From Thermodesulfobacteriota bacterium (lineage in GTDB: Bacteria > Desulfobacterota > BSN033 > UBA1163), in the NCBI GenBank assembly GCA_026415035.1, contig JAOAHX010000008.1, positions 16,270-80,269 of the forward strand: a stretch of 64,000 nucleotides of DNA, in the 5' to 3' direction. Positions 1 to 8,347 of this stretch are shown here, piece after piece. A model generated the notes under the pieces. The model did no database searches. It was not told the DNA's origin and saw nothing but the letters and a program-made list of their open reading frames with translations. A program made the position numbers and the translations under genes. The first letter of the stretch is position 1. Each line of letters opens with the position of its first letter.

Positions 1-708
1 CTCGATCCCCTTCAGAAGGGCCTCGCCCTGATGCTGATCACCGACCTCAGCACCCTCAAAGGGCTTCAGGTGGTGGAGCGAATCAAGTTGCAGGCCTTGG
101 TGGAGGAGATGGGATTTGGAACCGCAGGCCTGGTTCAGCCCGGAACGGCTCCCCGGGTGGGAAGACTCCTGGGAGCCAGGTGGATCATCGGGGGAGAGAT
201 CGTCAAAGGGTCGATCCACCTCAAATCGACCCTCCTCGACGTAGGGGAGCAGAGAATTGTGGGGCAGCCCCTCGTGACGGGGGAATTGGCAGACCTGTTT
301 CGTCTCGAAAAAGAGCTCCTCTTCAAGCTGATCGAATTTCTCAAGATCGAGGTCTCCCCGCAGGAGCGGGAGGAGCTTCGGAAATACATTTCCACCAATC
401 TTCGGGCTCTTACCCTCCTCTTCAAGGGGATTGAGGCAAGCGACCGGGGGCAGTACGAAAAAGCCGGCCAATTCTATGAGTCGGCTCTTAAAGAGGATCC
501 CAAGATCTTTGTGGCCCGGAGTGCCTTGCAGGAATTGATCCAGCTGAAATTGATCAAGCCGCAGAAGAGAACCCGTGAGCTTCTCAATTCCTTGAGAGAT
601 CGAAGCTCCCTCACGGATCAACTGACTCCCGAAGACGCAACGAGAAGGGGGCGGGGGCCTTCCGAGATAACCCCCTCCAAGGGCGAAAGGCCCTATAACC
701 CAGATTAA
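1..708 (+). CDS. 5'-truncated CDS: C-terminal part of a CsgG/LpoB/TolB-N-like domain fused to a TPR-like tail
   Basis: Frame 1 is open from the window edge (LDPLQKGLALMLITDLS...). The VVERxxLxxLxEEMGF and IIGGEIV segments resemble the CsgG-like fold found in two neighbouring proteins. The C-terminal LLFKGIEASDRGQYEKAGQFYESALKEDPK is TPR-like. The N-terminus lies off-window. Confidence 0.5.
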   Translation, partial: LDPLQKGLALMLITDLSTLKGLQVVERIKLQALVEEMGFGTAGLVQPGTAPRVGRLLGARWIIGGEIVKGSIHLKSTLLDVGEQRIVGQPLVTGELADLFRLEKELLFKLIEFLKIEVSPQEREELRKYISTNLRALTLLFKGIEASDRGQYEKAGQFYESALKEDPKIFVARSALQELIQLKLIKPQKRTRELLNSLRDRSSLTDQLTPEDATRRGRGPSEITPSKGERPYNPD

Positions 709-780
709 GGGAACAAGGAAAAGGAATCCTGGAACCACGGGCAATATTGAAATACTTTATAGAAATTAGGAGCGATTTTC

Positions 781-2010
781 ATGAAAACTTTCCTTAAATG
801 GGTCATTTTTTCTTTTCACATCCTTCTCGGTTTGGAGGCAAGTTTTGCAGTGGAGTTCGAGGCCCAGACATGGGTTCGGTCGGATTGGTGGAAGGATGAC
901 GTCAATCGTCAGGGTCAGCAGGTCTACATCCCCATCTGTGCCGAAGCCCGTTTTCAAAATCTATCCCTGAGGATCCTTACTGGGGAGGCTTACACCCGAC
1001 TCGACCCGCGTAGAAATCCAAATCGTTCCCTGGCCACTCTCCTTGACACCAAAGTAAACTTTTCCTATGAAATCATTGAGAAATTGCCGGTTGATCTCCT
1101 CGTGGGCCTCGATTTCAACTTGCCCACCGGTAAATCGAACCTCAAGCTTAAAGATCGGGGACTCCTCATGGATCCGGACCTTGTCTCCATTAACAAATTT
1201 GGAGAAGGTTTTAACGTAAATCCCAACCTTAGCATTGCGAAGGATTGGGGAAGGTTCGCTGCGGGAGTCGGTTTGGGTTATGTCTGGAGAGGAGAATACG
1301 ATTTTACCACTCAGGTTTTGGAAATCAACGACTTCTTATTCGGAAGAATTATTAAATTTTATGCCCGGGATTATGATCCGGGGGAGATCTTCAATATCAA
1401 TGCTGAGCTCCGTTATGATGTTTTGCCGAGATTCCAGGGTCGTCTTTACAGCCAGTATGTCTGGTATGGCCGGGACAGGCTGAAGAAAAAGGACTTTTAT
1501 CAGGAAGGTGATCTTTGGATGGTTGGCATGGGGCTCCAATATTCCCAAGAGGAGTGGGAGGTGGAGATCACCTTAAGAGGGCTTCTCCGAGGGAAGAGCA
1601 AAGTGAAACAAGACCCAGGAGATGTTAGCTTGATTCCTCCGGACCGGTGGTATCTCTATGGACTCCGCCAGCCCATCCGGACCGAACCCAAAAACAGCCA
1701 CGGCGACGAATGGGTGGCGGATCTTTCGATCCGATATTTTCTCGACGAAAAGACCGCGCTGAAATCCTTTCTCCAAGGGCTTTACGTCACCAAAAACGAC
1801 TATCCCTTCGGCTCGCCCCGTTTCCTAGGGAGACGAGAGAAAGGCTCCCTCGGTCTCGGCCTCTCCAGGGTGTTGCATCCCTCGCTCCAGGGAGAGCTTA
1901 TCGGCAGAGCCTTCCTCATGCATGACGAAGAACGCTTTATGCCGGAATTTCAGAGCGAGCGGAATTACCGGGGATATTCCGTCGGTCTCTACCTGACCGG
2001 AAAGTTTTGA
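781..2010 (+). CDS. outer-membrane beta-barrel protein (signal peptide, C-terminal Phe)
   Basis: N-terminal hydrophobic signal MKTFLKWVIFSFHILLGLEASFA. Alternating amphipathic strands rich in Y/W/G/N. Ends ...LYLTGKF, a typical OMP C-terminal signature. An AGGAG-like RBS lies upstream. Confidence 0.55.
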   Translation: MKTFLKWVIFSFHILLGLEASFAVEFEAQTWVRSDWWKDDVNRQGQQVYIPICAEARFQNLSLRILTGEAYTRLDPRRNPNRSLATLLDTKVNFSYEIIEKLPVDLLVGLDFNLPTGKSNLKLKDRGLLMDPDLVSINKFGEGFNVNPNLSIAKDWGRFAAGVGLGYVWRGEYDFTTQVLEINDFLFGRIIKFYARDYDPGEIFNINAELRYDVLPRFQGRLYSQYVWYGRDRLKKKDFYQEGDLWMVGMGLQYSQEEWEVEITLRGLLRGKSKVKQDPGDVSLIPPDRWYLYGLRQPIRTEPKNSHGDEWVADLSIRYFLDEKTALKSFLQGLYVTKNDYPFGSPRFLGRREKGSLGLGLSRVLHPSLQGELIGRAFLMHDEERFMPEFQSERNYRGYSVGLYLTGKF

Positions 2011-2013
2011 ACC

Positions 2014-2514
2014 CTACCGAAGAAGTTCTTCGGCGGCCTTCCTCGTCGCCTCCATCCACCCTTCAAGGCTACCGGAGGCGGAAGTTTTCTGGACCGCCCT
2101 TCTCACCCTTCCGGTTTCGACTTCCACGAGCCTCAAATCGAGGCGCATCTGACCTCCGATGACCTGATAGCCGCCGAAGACCATCTGCTTCGCCCCGAGC
2201 ATTTTTCCCAGTCTCAGCCGGGTCGCTTCGTCGACCAAGGCGGTGGACCCCAGACGAAGCTCTTCAAGGGCAAGCAGAAGGCGCTGCCTCTCGACCACGA
2301 CATACTCCCTGCGCTCCTTCAGAAATTCGATGATCTTCCCGGCAAGGATTTCTCCCATGGGAAGCCTTGTCCCTTTGGCCGGGCTCAGATCATCGAGGTC
2401 CCAGACGGCGATCGTTTCTACCTTCTGCTCCCCCGGGGGGGAAGTGGCGCAGCCGGTCAGAATCCATAAGCCACACAAGAAAAAAATCGTCCCGGTCAGG
2501 TCTCTCTTCCTCAT
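2014..2514 (-). CDS. lipoprotein with CsgG/LpoB-like domain
   Basis: Lipobox LTGC after a signal peptide. Segments IAVWDLDDLS..., KIIEFLKERREYVVVERQRLLLALEELRLGSTALVD and LRLVEVETGRV follow the CsgG N-domain pattern. Confidence 0.6.
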   Translation of the reverse strand: MRKRDLTGTIFFLCGLWILTGCATSPPGEQKVETIAVWDLDDLSPAKGTRLPMGEILAGKIIEFLKERREYVVVERQRLLLALEELRLGSTALVDEATRLRLGKMLGAKQMVFGGYQVIGGQMRLDLRLVEVETGRVRRAVQKTSASGSLEGWMEATRKAAEELLR

Positions 2515-2518
2515 CGTC

Positions 2519-4474
2519 CTATCTCAATGCGACCTCCTCGGCCCTCTCCTGGACTTTGTCGTCTGTCCGGAAGGGCCGGGTCTGTTCGAGGATCTTGGCA
2601 TAGCTGAAATCTGGTTCGACCCGAACGACCTCCATCCGGCCCGCAGACTTGGGAGTGCCCCGTAGCGTCTTACCCTTATAGGTTATCTCTTCCCCTTCCT
2701 CGATCACTTCCAGTTTGGTTCCCACCACCATTCCATGTTTCGCCCCGAGATTGAGGACGACCTGGTCCCCCGTGACTTTGACGATATATCCCCTCAGAGG
2801 ATATTTGGTCACGACCGTCTTCAAAATCTCCCGATTCAGCTGAAAGAGTTCCTTTTCGAGAGAGGCTTGGGGAGGGATCTGTCGGGTGGTGACCTGCGGG
2901 ATGGCCGTGGTCTCGGTATCGATCAGCCTCAGATTGAGGAGCGTGCCCTGGGGGAGATAGAGGAGCGAGCCTGTGCCGATCAGCCTGGCCGCCAGAACCC
3001 GCCCCAATTTAAGGGCGGTCTCCGGATTGGCCAGTTCGGACGAGCCGATGTTCAGCTCCTCAAGGAGGCGGTCGATCAAAATCCTTTCGACGACCTTGAC
3101 CCTTCCGGAGGCATTGAGATGGTCCGCCAACTGACTCATCAGCACGGCTGAAAGACCATCTCTTTCGGCAAGGCCTCCCCTTTCCTGAAAATCGACAAAG
3201 GTCAGCACCATAGGGGGAGACGTCCAGGCGTCTTCGACCTTCCTGGCCTCTTCCTTTTGTGCCCTGAAGCGGGCGGCCAGCTCCTTCACAAGTTGATCGA
3301 CCCGTTCTTTTCGTTTGAGGTCTTTCTGAAGATCGATCATCTCCTGGGCCTTTTTGGCAAGGACGGCGGCAAAGGTGTCCGTCTTATCGAGGGCCAGGGC
3401 CATCCGGTAGGATTCGAGGGCCTGATCCCATTTGCCCTCTTTTTCAAAAGTCAACCCCTTATTGGTCGTCCCTTCGATATAATAAGGATCGATCTGGATC
3501 GCCTGGTCGTAGAATTCTCGAGCTTTACCATATTGTCCCGCGTTGGCGTAATAGCGTCCCATTTGATTGTAGCGGAGGGCCTCCTGATAGGGTTCGACGG
3601 TCTTTTTCTGTATCCCCTTCTGATATTCCGTCTCGGCCTCCTTCCTCTTATCCTGGGCGTAAAGCAGGTCGCCCTTGACGACGTGGACATAGGCTCGATC
3701 AGGGGCCTTCTGCTCGACCTCCCTCGCCAGCTGAAGGGCCTTTTCGGATTCCCCCTTCTTCGCATAGACCGTGGCGAGCCCCTCTTTGCCAAGGATCTCT
3801 CCCTGGCCACCCTTTTGAGAGACCTCTTTGAAGACCTCCTCAGCCTCCTTCAGGTTCTGCTCTTTGAGGGCCGCATAGCCCTTAACGGTCTGGGCTTTCA
3901 CGTTCTGGGGATTCTTCTTCACGACATCGTCGCTGATGGCCTTGGCAAGCTTGGTCTGCCTCCTCTGGAGCTCCCTTTCGGCGACCCGAACGAGCATCGC
4001 CTCCGTCGTCTTTCCCCCTCCCTGGAAGTAGTCGAGGACCTTCAGGCCTGGACCGAGGATACAAACCGTGGGAAGGACCTGCCGGGCCCGGTAAAGGTCG
4101 CTCACCTTGGCAACGTCCTGCAGAACCGGGAAGAGGATCCCCGTGCTTTCGACGAATTTCGAGACCTTCTCCCTGGAGGAGAGGGTGATGGCCCATACCG
4201 TCATCGACGCTTCCTGATGTTGTCTGGCAAGCTGGTGGAGGGTGAAGAGCCCCTCCTGGCTGGGCCGGGAGTCGACATCGAAAAAGTAGAGGATCACCAT
4301 CGATCGGTCCTTCAGCATCGAGAGGTCATGGACTTGGCCTTTCAGGTCTTTCAACGAGAAGGTGGGGGCGCTCTGGCCCGGTGCGACCTGTCCATAGCTT
4401 ACGGGCATGCCCAAGATCAGGAAGACCGTTACCGACATCAAGAAGCGACCCAGGTTGAGCACTGGCTTTTTCAT
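2519..4474 (-). CDS. secreted multidomain protein: thioredoxin/AhpC-TSA-like N-domain, TPR repeats, CsgG/LpoB-like domain, C-terminal beta domain
   Basis: Signal peptide MKKPVLNLGRFLMSVTVFLILG. FSLKDLKGQVHDLSMLKDRSMVILYFF is Trx-fold (AhpC/TSA)-like. The central region has Ala/Tyr-rich TPR-like repeats (YAKKGESEKALQLAREV...YYANAGQYGKAREFYDQAIQIDP). LSAVLMSQLADHLNASGRVKVVERILIDRLLEELNIGSSELAN and LRLIDTETTAI are CsgG-like. Confidence 0.65.
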   Translation of the reverse strand: MKKPVLNLGRFLMSVTVFLILGMPVSYGQVAPGQSAPTFSLKDLKGQVHDLSMLKDRSMVILYFFDVDSRPSQEGLFTLHQLARQHQEASMTVWAITLSSREKVSKFVESTGILFPVLQDVAKVSDLYRARQVLPTVCILGPGLKVLDYFQGGGKTTEAMLVRVAERELQRRQTKLAKAISDDVVKKNPQNVKAQTVKGYAALKEQNLKEAEEVFKEVSQKGGQGEILGKEGLATVYAKKGESEKALQLAREVEQKAPDRAYVHVVKGDLLYAQDKRKEAETEYQKGIQKKTVEPYQEALRYNQMGRYYANAGQYGKAREFYDQAIQIDPYYIEGTTNKGLTFEKEGKWDQALESYRMALALDKTDTFAAVLAKKAQEMIDLQKDLKRKERVDQLVKELAARFRAQKEEARKVEDAWTSPPMVLTFVDFQERGGLAERDGLSAVLMSQLADHLNASGRVKVVERILIDRLLEELNIGSSELANPETALKLGRVLAARLIGTGSLLYLPQGTLLNLRLIDTETTAIPQVTTRQIPPQASLEKELFQLNREILKTVVTKYPLRGYIVKVTGDQVVLNLGAKHGMVVGTKLEVIEEGEEITYKGKTLRGTPKSAGRMEVVRVEPDFSYAKILEQTRPFRTDDKVQERAEEVALR

Positions 4475-4486
4475 AAACTCCCTCCC

Positions 4487-5671
4487 TCATCTATTCCCTT
4501 CGCGGATGGGAATCAACCGCACCTGCAAAGGGGTTTCTCCTTCCTCGGTGATCTGGACCTGCGCCTCCCAGTCGTGGTGGTCTGGATGGGTGATCCGAAC
4601 CTCATGCTTGCCGACCGGAAGGCTCAAGGTTAAAGGGGCATTCCCTTTAAAAGCACCGTCGATGAAGACCTGTGCTCCGAGGGGATGACTCTCGATCCTC
4701 AACGAGCCCAGGAGGACCTTTTCCACGACATCCGGTTTCGACCCTTTCGAAGTGACAAACCAATAGCCTGTCCCCCCCAGGCCCAAAAGCATCAGAACCA
4801 ATATCAGCATGGGGAGAAAGCGCGATCTCGCCCCTTTCTCCTCTTGGGAGACGGAGGGCTTCTCTTCGACCGATTCCAGCAAGGCCCGGGCCAGGGCAGA
4901 ACCCGTTTGGAAGCGTTCCTCCGGCCCCTTTTTGAGGCATCTCAAAATGGTTTGAGACAGTTTCGGGGGAATGGACGGGTTGATCTGGGAAGGCTCGGGA
5001 GGATGGGCCTGGACGATGGCCTGGAAGATGGCCGACATATTTTCGCCCACAAAGGGCCTCTGACGGGTGGCCAGTTCGTAGAGCACGATGCCCAAAGAGA
5101 AGAGGTCCGAACGGCCATCCACCGGACGCCCCTGGACCTGCTCTGGCGACATGTAGGCTGGGGTGCCCAGGATCTCCCCGGCTTGCGTCTGAACCAGGGC
5201 CGAAGGGTCTTCGATGTGGGCGATTCCGAAATCGGTGATCTTGATCTGGCCGTCTTTTTGGAGGAGGATGTTGCTCGGTTTCACATCCCTGTGGACGATC
5301 CCCTTCTGATGGGCATAACCGAGGGTTTCGGCGATCTGGGCCCCCCAACGGGCGATCTCCTGAAAAGAGACCTTTCCCTCCTGAACCACCCGATTTAGCG
5401 GGATCCCTTCGAGGAGCTCCATGGCGATGAAGATGGTCCCATGGTCTTCCCCTACATCATAGATCGTCACGATGTTCGGGTGGGAAAGCCTGCCGATCGC
5501 CCTGGCTTCTTTCAGAAAGCGTTGGACAAAGGCCTCGCTGGTGACCCGGTCTTCCCGGAGCACCTTGAGGGCGATGGACCGGTCGATCTGGGGATCGTAC
5601 GCCTTATAGACGACCCCCATCGACCCTTTGCCCAGCTCTTCGATAATCTCGTAACGGCCGTATTTCATCAA
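4487..5671 (-). CDS. Ser/Thr protein kinase (Hanks-type) with TM segment and extracytoplasmic PEGA-like domain
   Basis: Kinase motifs are present: LGKGSMGVVYKA (Gly loop), ALK (VAIK-like), HRDVKPSNILL (catalytic loop), DFG, SPEQ. A Pro-rich linker leads to a TM helix (RFLPMLILVLMLLGLGGTGYWFV), then LGSLRIESHPLGAQVFIDGAFKGNAPLTLSLPVGKHEVRI, which is PEGA-like. Confidence 0.85.
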   Translation of the reverse strand: MMKYGRYEIIEELGKGSMGVVYKAYDPQIDRSIALKVLREDRVTSEAFVQRFLKEARAIGRLSHPNIVTIYDVGEDHGTIFIAMELLEGIPLNRVVQEGKVSFQEIARWGAQIAETLGYAHQKGIVHRDVKPSNILLQKDGQIKITDFGIAHIEDPSALVQTQAGEILGTPAYMSPEQVQGRPVDGRSDLFSLGIVLYELATRQRPFVGENMSAIFQAIVQAHPPEPSQINPSIPPKLSQTILRCLKKGPEERFQTGSALARALLESVEEKPSVSQEEKGARSRFLPMLILVLMLLGLGGTGYWFVTSKGSKPDVVEKVLLGSLRIESHPLGAQVFIDGAFKGNAPLTLSLPVGKHEVRITHPDHHDWEAQVQITEEGETPLQVRLIPIREGNR

Positions 5672-5674
5672 GGG

Positions 5675-6631
5675 TCAATCCTTCATGAAGTCCGCGAGGG
5701 TGGAGACGGGGATGAGAAACCCGATCCCCGAAACCCCCCGATACCTCCCCTTGATCATCCCCACCAAATGCCCTTCACGGTCAAAGACGGGGCTTCCGCT
5801 GCTTCCCGGTTGAATCTCCATTTCCGCCTGATAAAGGGGAAGATCATTGACCCACCTCATGGGGCCGTCGATCGTACCGGTGAGGAAGCGTCTCGTATGA
5901 TTGGGACAGCCGAGGGCGAAGATTTTATCTCCGTGTTGGAGGGGTCTCCGAATGGGCGAAAGGGGAACCGAGACATTCCATTTCGAGCGGATATCGATCA
6001 GAGTCAGATCCCGGCGGGGATCGATCTTCTTGATGGAACCCCGTAGGATCCGTCCATCCGGAAGGGTGACCGAGACCTCCGAGATGCCTTTGAGATCGTG
6101 CGCGGTGGATAGGATGAGGCCTTTGCGGTCCGCGACGAAGCCGGTAAACTGCATCGTTTCCTTCCCGTTGGAGACGCCCAGACAGACCAGGGCCTCCATT
6201 TTCTGCTGGACTTTCTGTGGAATCGTCTCAGAAACTTTCTCGGAGGCTCTCGGACATTCTTCTTTGAATTGGCCCTCAAGAAAGGCCTCAAGGTCAGCCA
6301 GGACCTCCTCCGAAGTTCTCATCTCCCCTTCCCCACGAAGGACCTGGACCTGGGTGGCTAAGGCCGATTTCGGCCTGAGGACGAGGACCAACACCTCCTT
6401 CTCTTTTTTGATTCCCCTGAGGTGAATCTCCAACCCTTCCCTCTCCTGTCGGTGAACCTCTAAGCCCCCTTGGAGAAGCCATCGGACGAGGAGATGCTCG
6501 ATCTCTCTTACGGGAAGGGGGAGAAGCTTCTCTTCGGCCCGAGGGAAAACAGGGCTCGCGGAGAAGATCAAGAGGAGCCAGAGGAGAACAGCCCGACATC
6601 GGTTCGGCCTCACCTTTCCTCCATCTCGCAC
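5675..6631 (-). CDS. secreted trypsin-like serine peptidase (S1 family)
   Basis: Signal peptide is present. LILSTAHDL carries the catalytic His context and GSSGSPVFDREGHLVGM is the GDSGGP-like Ser motif. The 5' end overlaps the 3' end of the PP2C gene by about 22 nt. Confidence 0.7.
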   Translation of the reverse strand: MRDGGKVRPNRCRAVLLWLLLIFSASPVFPRAEEKLLPLPVREIEHLLVRWLLQGGLEVHRQEREGLEIHLRGIKKEKEVLVLVLRPKSALATQVQVLRGEGEMRTSEEVLADLEAFLEGQFKEECPRASEKVSETIPQKVQQKMEALVCLGVSNGKETMQFTGFVADRKGLILSTAHDLKGISEVSVTLPDGRILRGSIKKIDPRRDLTLIDIRSKWNVSVPLSPIRRPLQHGDKIFALGCPNHTRRFLTGTIDGPMRWVNDLPLYQAEMEIQPGSSGSPVFDREGHLVGMIKGRYRGVSGIGFLIPVSTLADFMKD

Positions 6632-7344
6632 AAGACCACGGTGATATTGTCCTTTCCCCCTGCGGCCTTGGCCAGATCGATCAGGCCCTCCCCTTTTTGA
6701 TCGAGGCGGAGGGAGGAGTGGAGGAGGTTCAAGATTTCATCATCCTCCACCATATCGGTCAACCCATCCGAGCAGAGCAGAAAGAGGTCGCCCGGAAAGA
6801 CCCTCCCTCTGATCAAATCCAAGGCTAAGGCCTCTTCAATGCCAACGGCCCGGAGGATGACGTGCCGCATGGGATGGTGTTTTGCCTCCTCTTTCTGGAG
6901 CAGCCCCTGATCGATCTGTGCCTGAAGATAAGAGTGGTCCCGGGTCAGCTGTCTCAATTCTCCTTTTCTCAGGAGGTAGGTCCGGCTATCGCCCACATGG
7001 CCTAAGACGTAGGTCTGATTCGAGAAGGTGATCAGTTCTGCCGTGCAACCGAGGCCCTGATGATGGGGATGGGTGGCCGAATATTTCAGGATCTTTTCAT
7101 TGGCAAGCTGGAAGGCCTTTTGGACCGACCTGGAGCTCTCCTCTCCGGGGCGTAGGATTGAGGTGGAAAAGACCTCGAGGGCGGTATCGATAAAGATTTG
7201 GCTTGCGACTTCCCCTGCGGCCGCCCCCCCCATGCCATCGGCAACCACAAAGAGATTTAATTCGGGTTTTATGAGGAAGGCGTCTTCGTTGTTGGCCCGT
7301 TTCAAGCCCGGATCGGACCTGCCGTAAGACCGTATTTCAAACAT
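6610..7344 (-). CDS. PP2C-family Ser/Thr protein phosphatase
   Basis: GRSDPGLKRANNEDAF, VADGMGGAAAGEVAS, LCSDGL and GGKDNITVVL are the canonical PPM/PP2C motifs. Confidence 0.85.
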   Translation of the reverse strand: MFEIRSYGRSDPGLKRANNEDAFLIKPELNLFVVADGMGGAAAGEVASQIFIDTALEVFSTSILRPGEESSRSVQKAFQLANEKILKYSATHPHHQGLGCTAELITFSNQTYVLGHVGDSRTYLLRKGELRQLTRDHSYLQAQIDQGLLQKEEAKHHPMRHVILRAVGIEEALALDLIRGRVFPGDLFLLCSDGLTDMVEDDEILNLLHSSLRLDQKGEGLIDLAKAAGGKDNITVVLCEMEER

Positions 7345-7428
7345 GACTCATTATACAAAAATTGTCTCTGTATTGGCAATAATTTTTCTTGACCCGGGGG
7401 ACGGGTTGGTTATAATTTATTCGGACCG

Positions 7429-8313
7429 ATGAAGAAAGCCCCGTTAATCATAGCCCAATTTTTCCACATCAAAGGGCCCTTGCCTGTGAACGGGAAGGAG
7501 GCGGAGTTTTCGAGCCCTTCCATCACCATCGGCCGACATCCCTCGAGCCAGCTCCGTTTTCCCGGAGATCTCACCTATATCTCCCGCCAGCATGCCGAGA
7601 TCGTCCGCGAGGGCAATCAATTTAAGCTGATCGATCACAGCACCAACGGCACCTACGTGAATGGGAAAAGGGTGAAGGAGATTTTCCTGAAAGACGGAGA
7701 TGTCCTGATGTTCGGCGAGGGAGGGCCTCAGGTGAGTTTCCTCACCCGGATGGCAGAGGGGAGCCTCGAAAGCGAGGCGGTGCCCGTCCCACCCCCTCGT
7801 GTGACCGAAAAGGAGGTTGGAGGAGAGCCGCCCCGGATCGAGAAACCTTCCATACCCTCCCCACCTCCCGAACCAAAGATTTCGGAGGTCTCCCCTCAGG
7901 TGGTTAAAGTACCGCTGATCATCCAGTACGGACCCACCATCCGCTCTTTCAAACAATTACCCGTCACCATCGGAAAAGGCCCTGCCTGCGACTATCCCTT
8001 GGAACATCCCGCCCTCCATGACCAACACGCCCAGATTTTTTTCAGCGAGGGCCAATACTACGTCAGAGACCTGACCGGCCAGAAATTGGTCCATATCGAC
8101 CGAAGGCCCATCGACTTCCAGGCCCCTTTAAAGGCAAGCGACGAACTGGCACTGACCCCCCAAGGACCCTTCTTTCGATTCTTCGGCGAGGGCCGCCTGG
8201 GCGAGGTGGAGGAAGTCAAAGAGGAAGCGCCTATGGAGGCCCCAAAGACTTCCCCGGAGCCATCGGAAGAAAAATCTGTCCTTTCGAAGTTAAAAAAGAT
8301 CTTTAAATCCTGA
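7429..8313 (+). CDS. protein with two FHA domains
   Basis: ITIGRHPSSQLRF...ISRQHAEIVREGNQFKLIDHSTNGTYVNGKRV and VTIGKGPACDYPL...AQIFFSEGQYYVRDLTGQKLVHIDRRPI are both FHA signatures. A Pro-rich linker sits between them. The gene is divergent from the kinase/phosphatase operon. Confidence 0.8.
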   Translation: MKKAPLIIAQFFHIKGPLPVNGKEAEFSSPSITIGRHPSSQLRFPGDLTYISRQHAEIVREGNQFKLIDHSTNGTYVNGKRVKEIFLKDGDVLMFGEGGPQVSFLTRMAEGSLESEAVPVPPPRVTEKEVGGEPPRIEKPSIPSPPPEPKISEVSPQVVKVPLIIQYGPTIRSFKQLPVTIGKGPACDYPLEHPALHDQHAQIFFSEGQYYVRDLTGQKLVHIDRRPIDFQAPLKASDELALTPQGPFFRFFGEGRLGEVEEVKEEAPMEAPKTSPEPSEEKSVLSKLKKIFKS

Positions 8314-8347
8314 TCCGGGAGCCGGCCCCTCCCCGCAGGAGGTCACG

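Noticed and set aside
3257-4633. 458-aa + strand ORF
   Set aside because: Antisense to the well-supported Trx-TPR-CsgG-like gene. Such long shadow ORFs are expected in high-GC DNA, it has no RBS, and the residue composition is odd.
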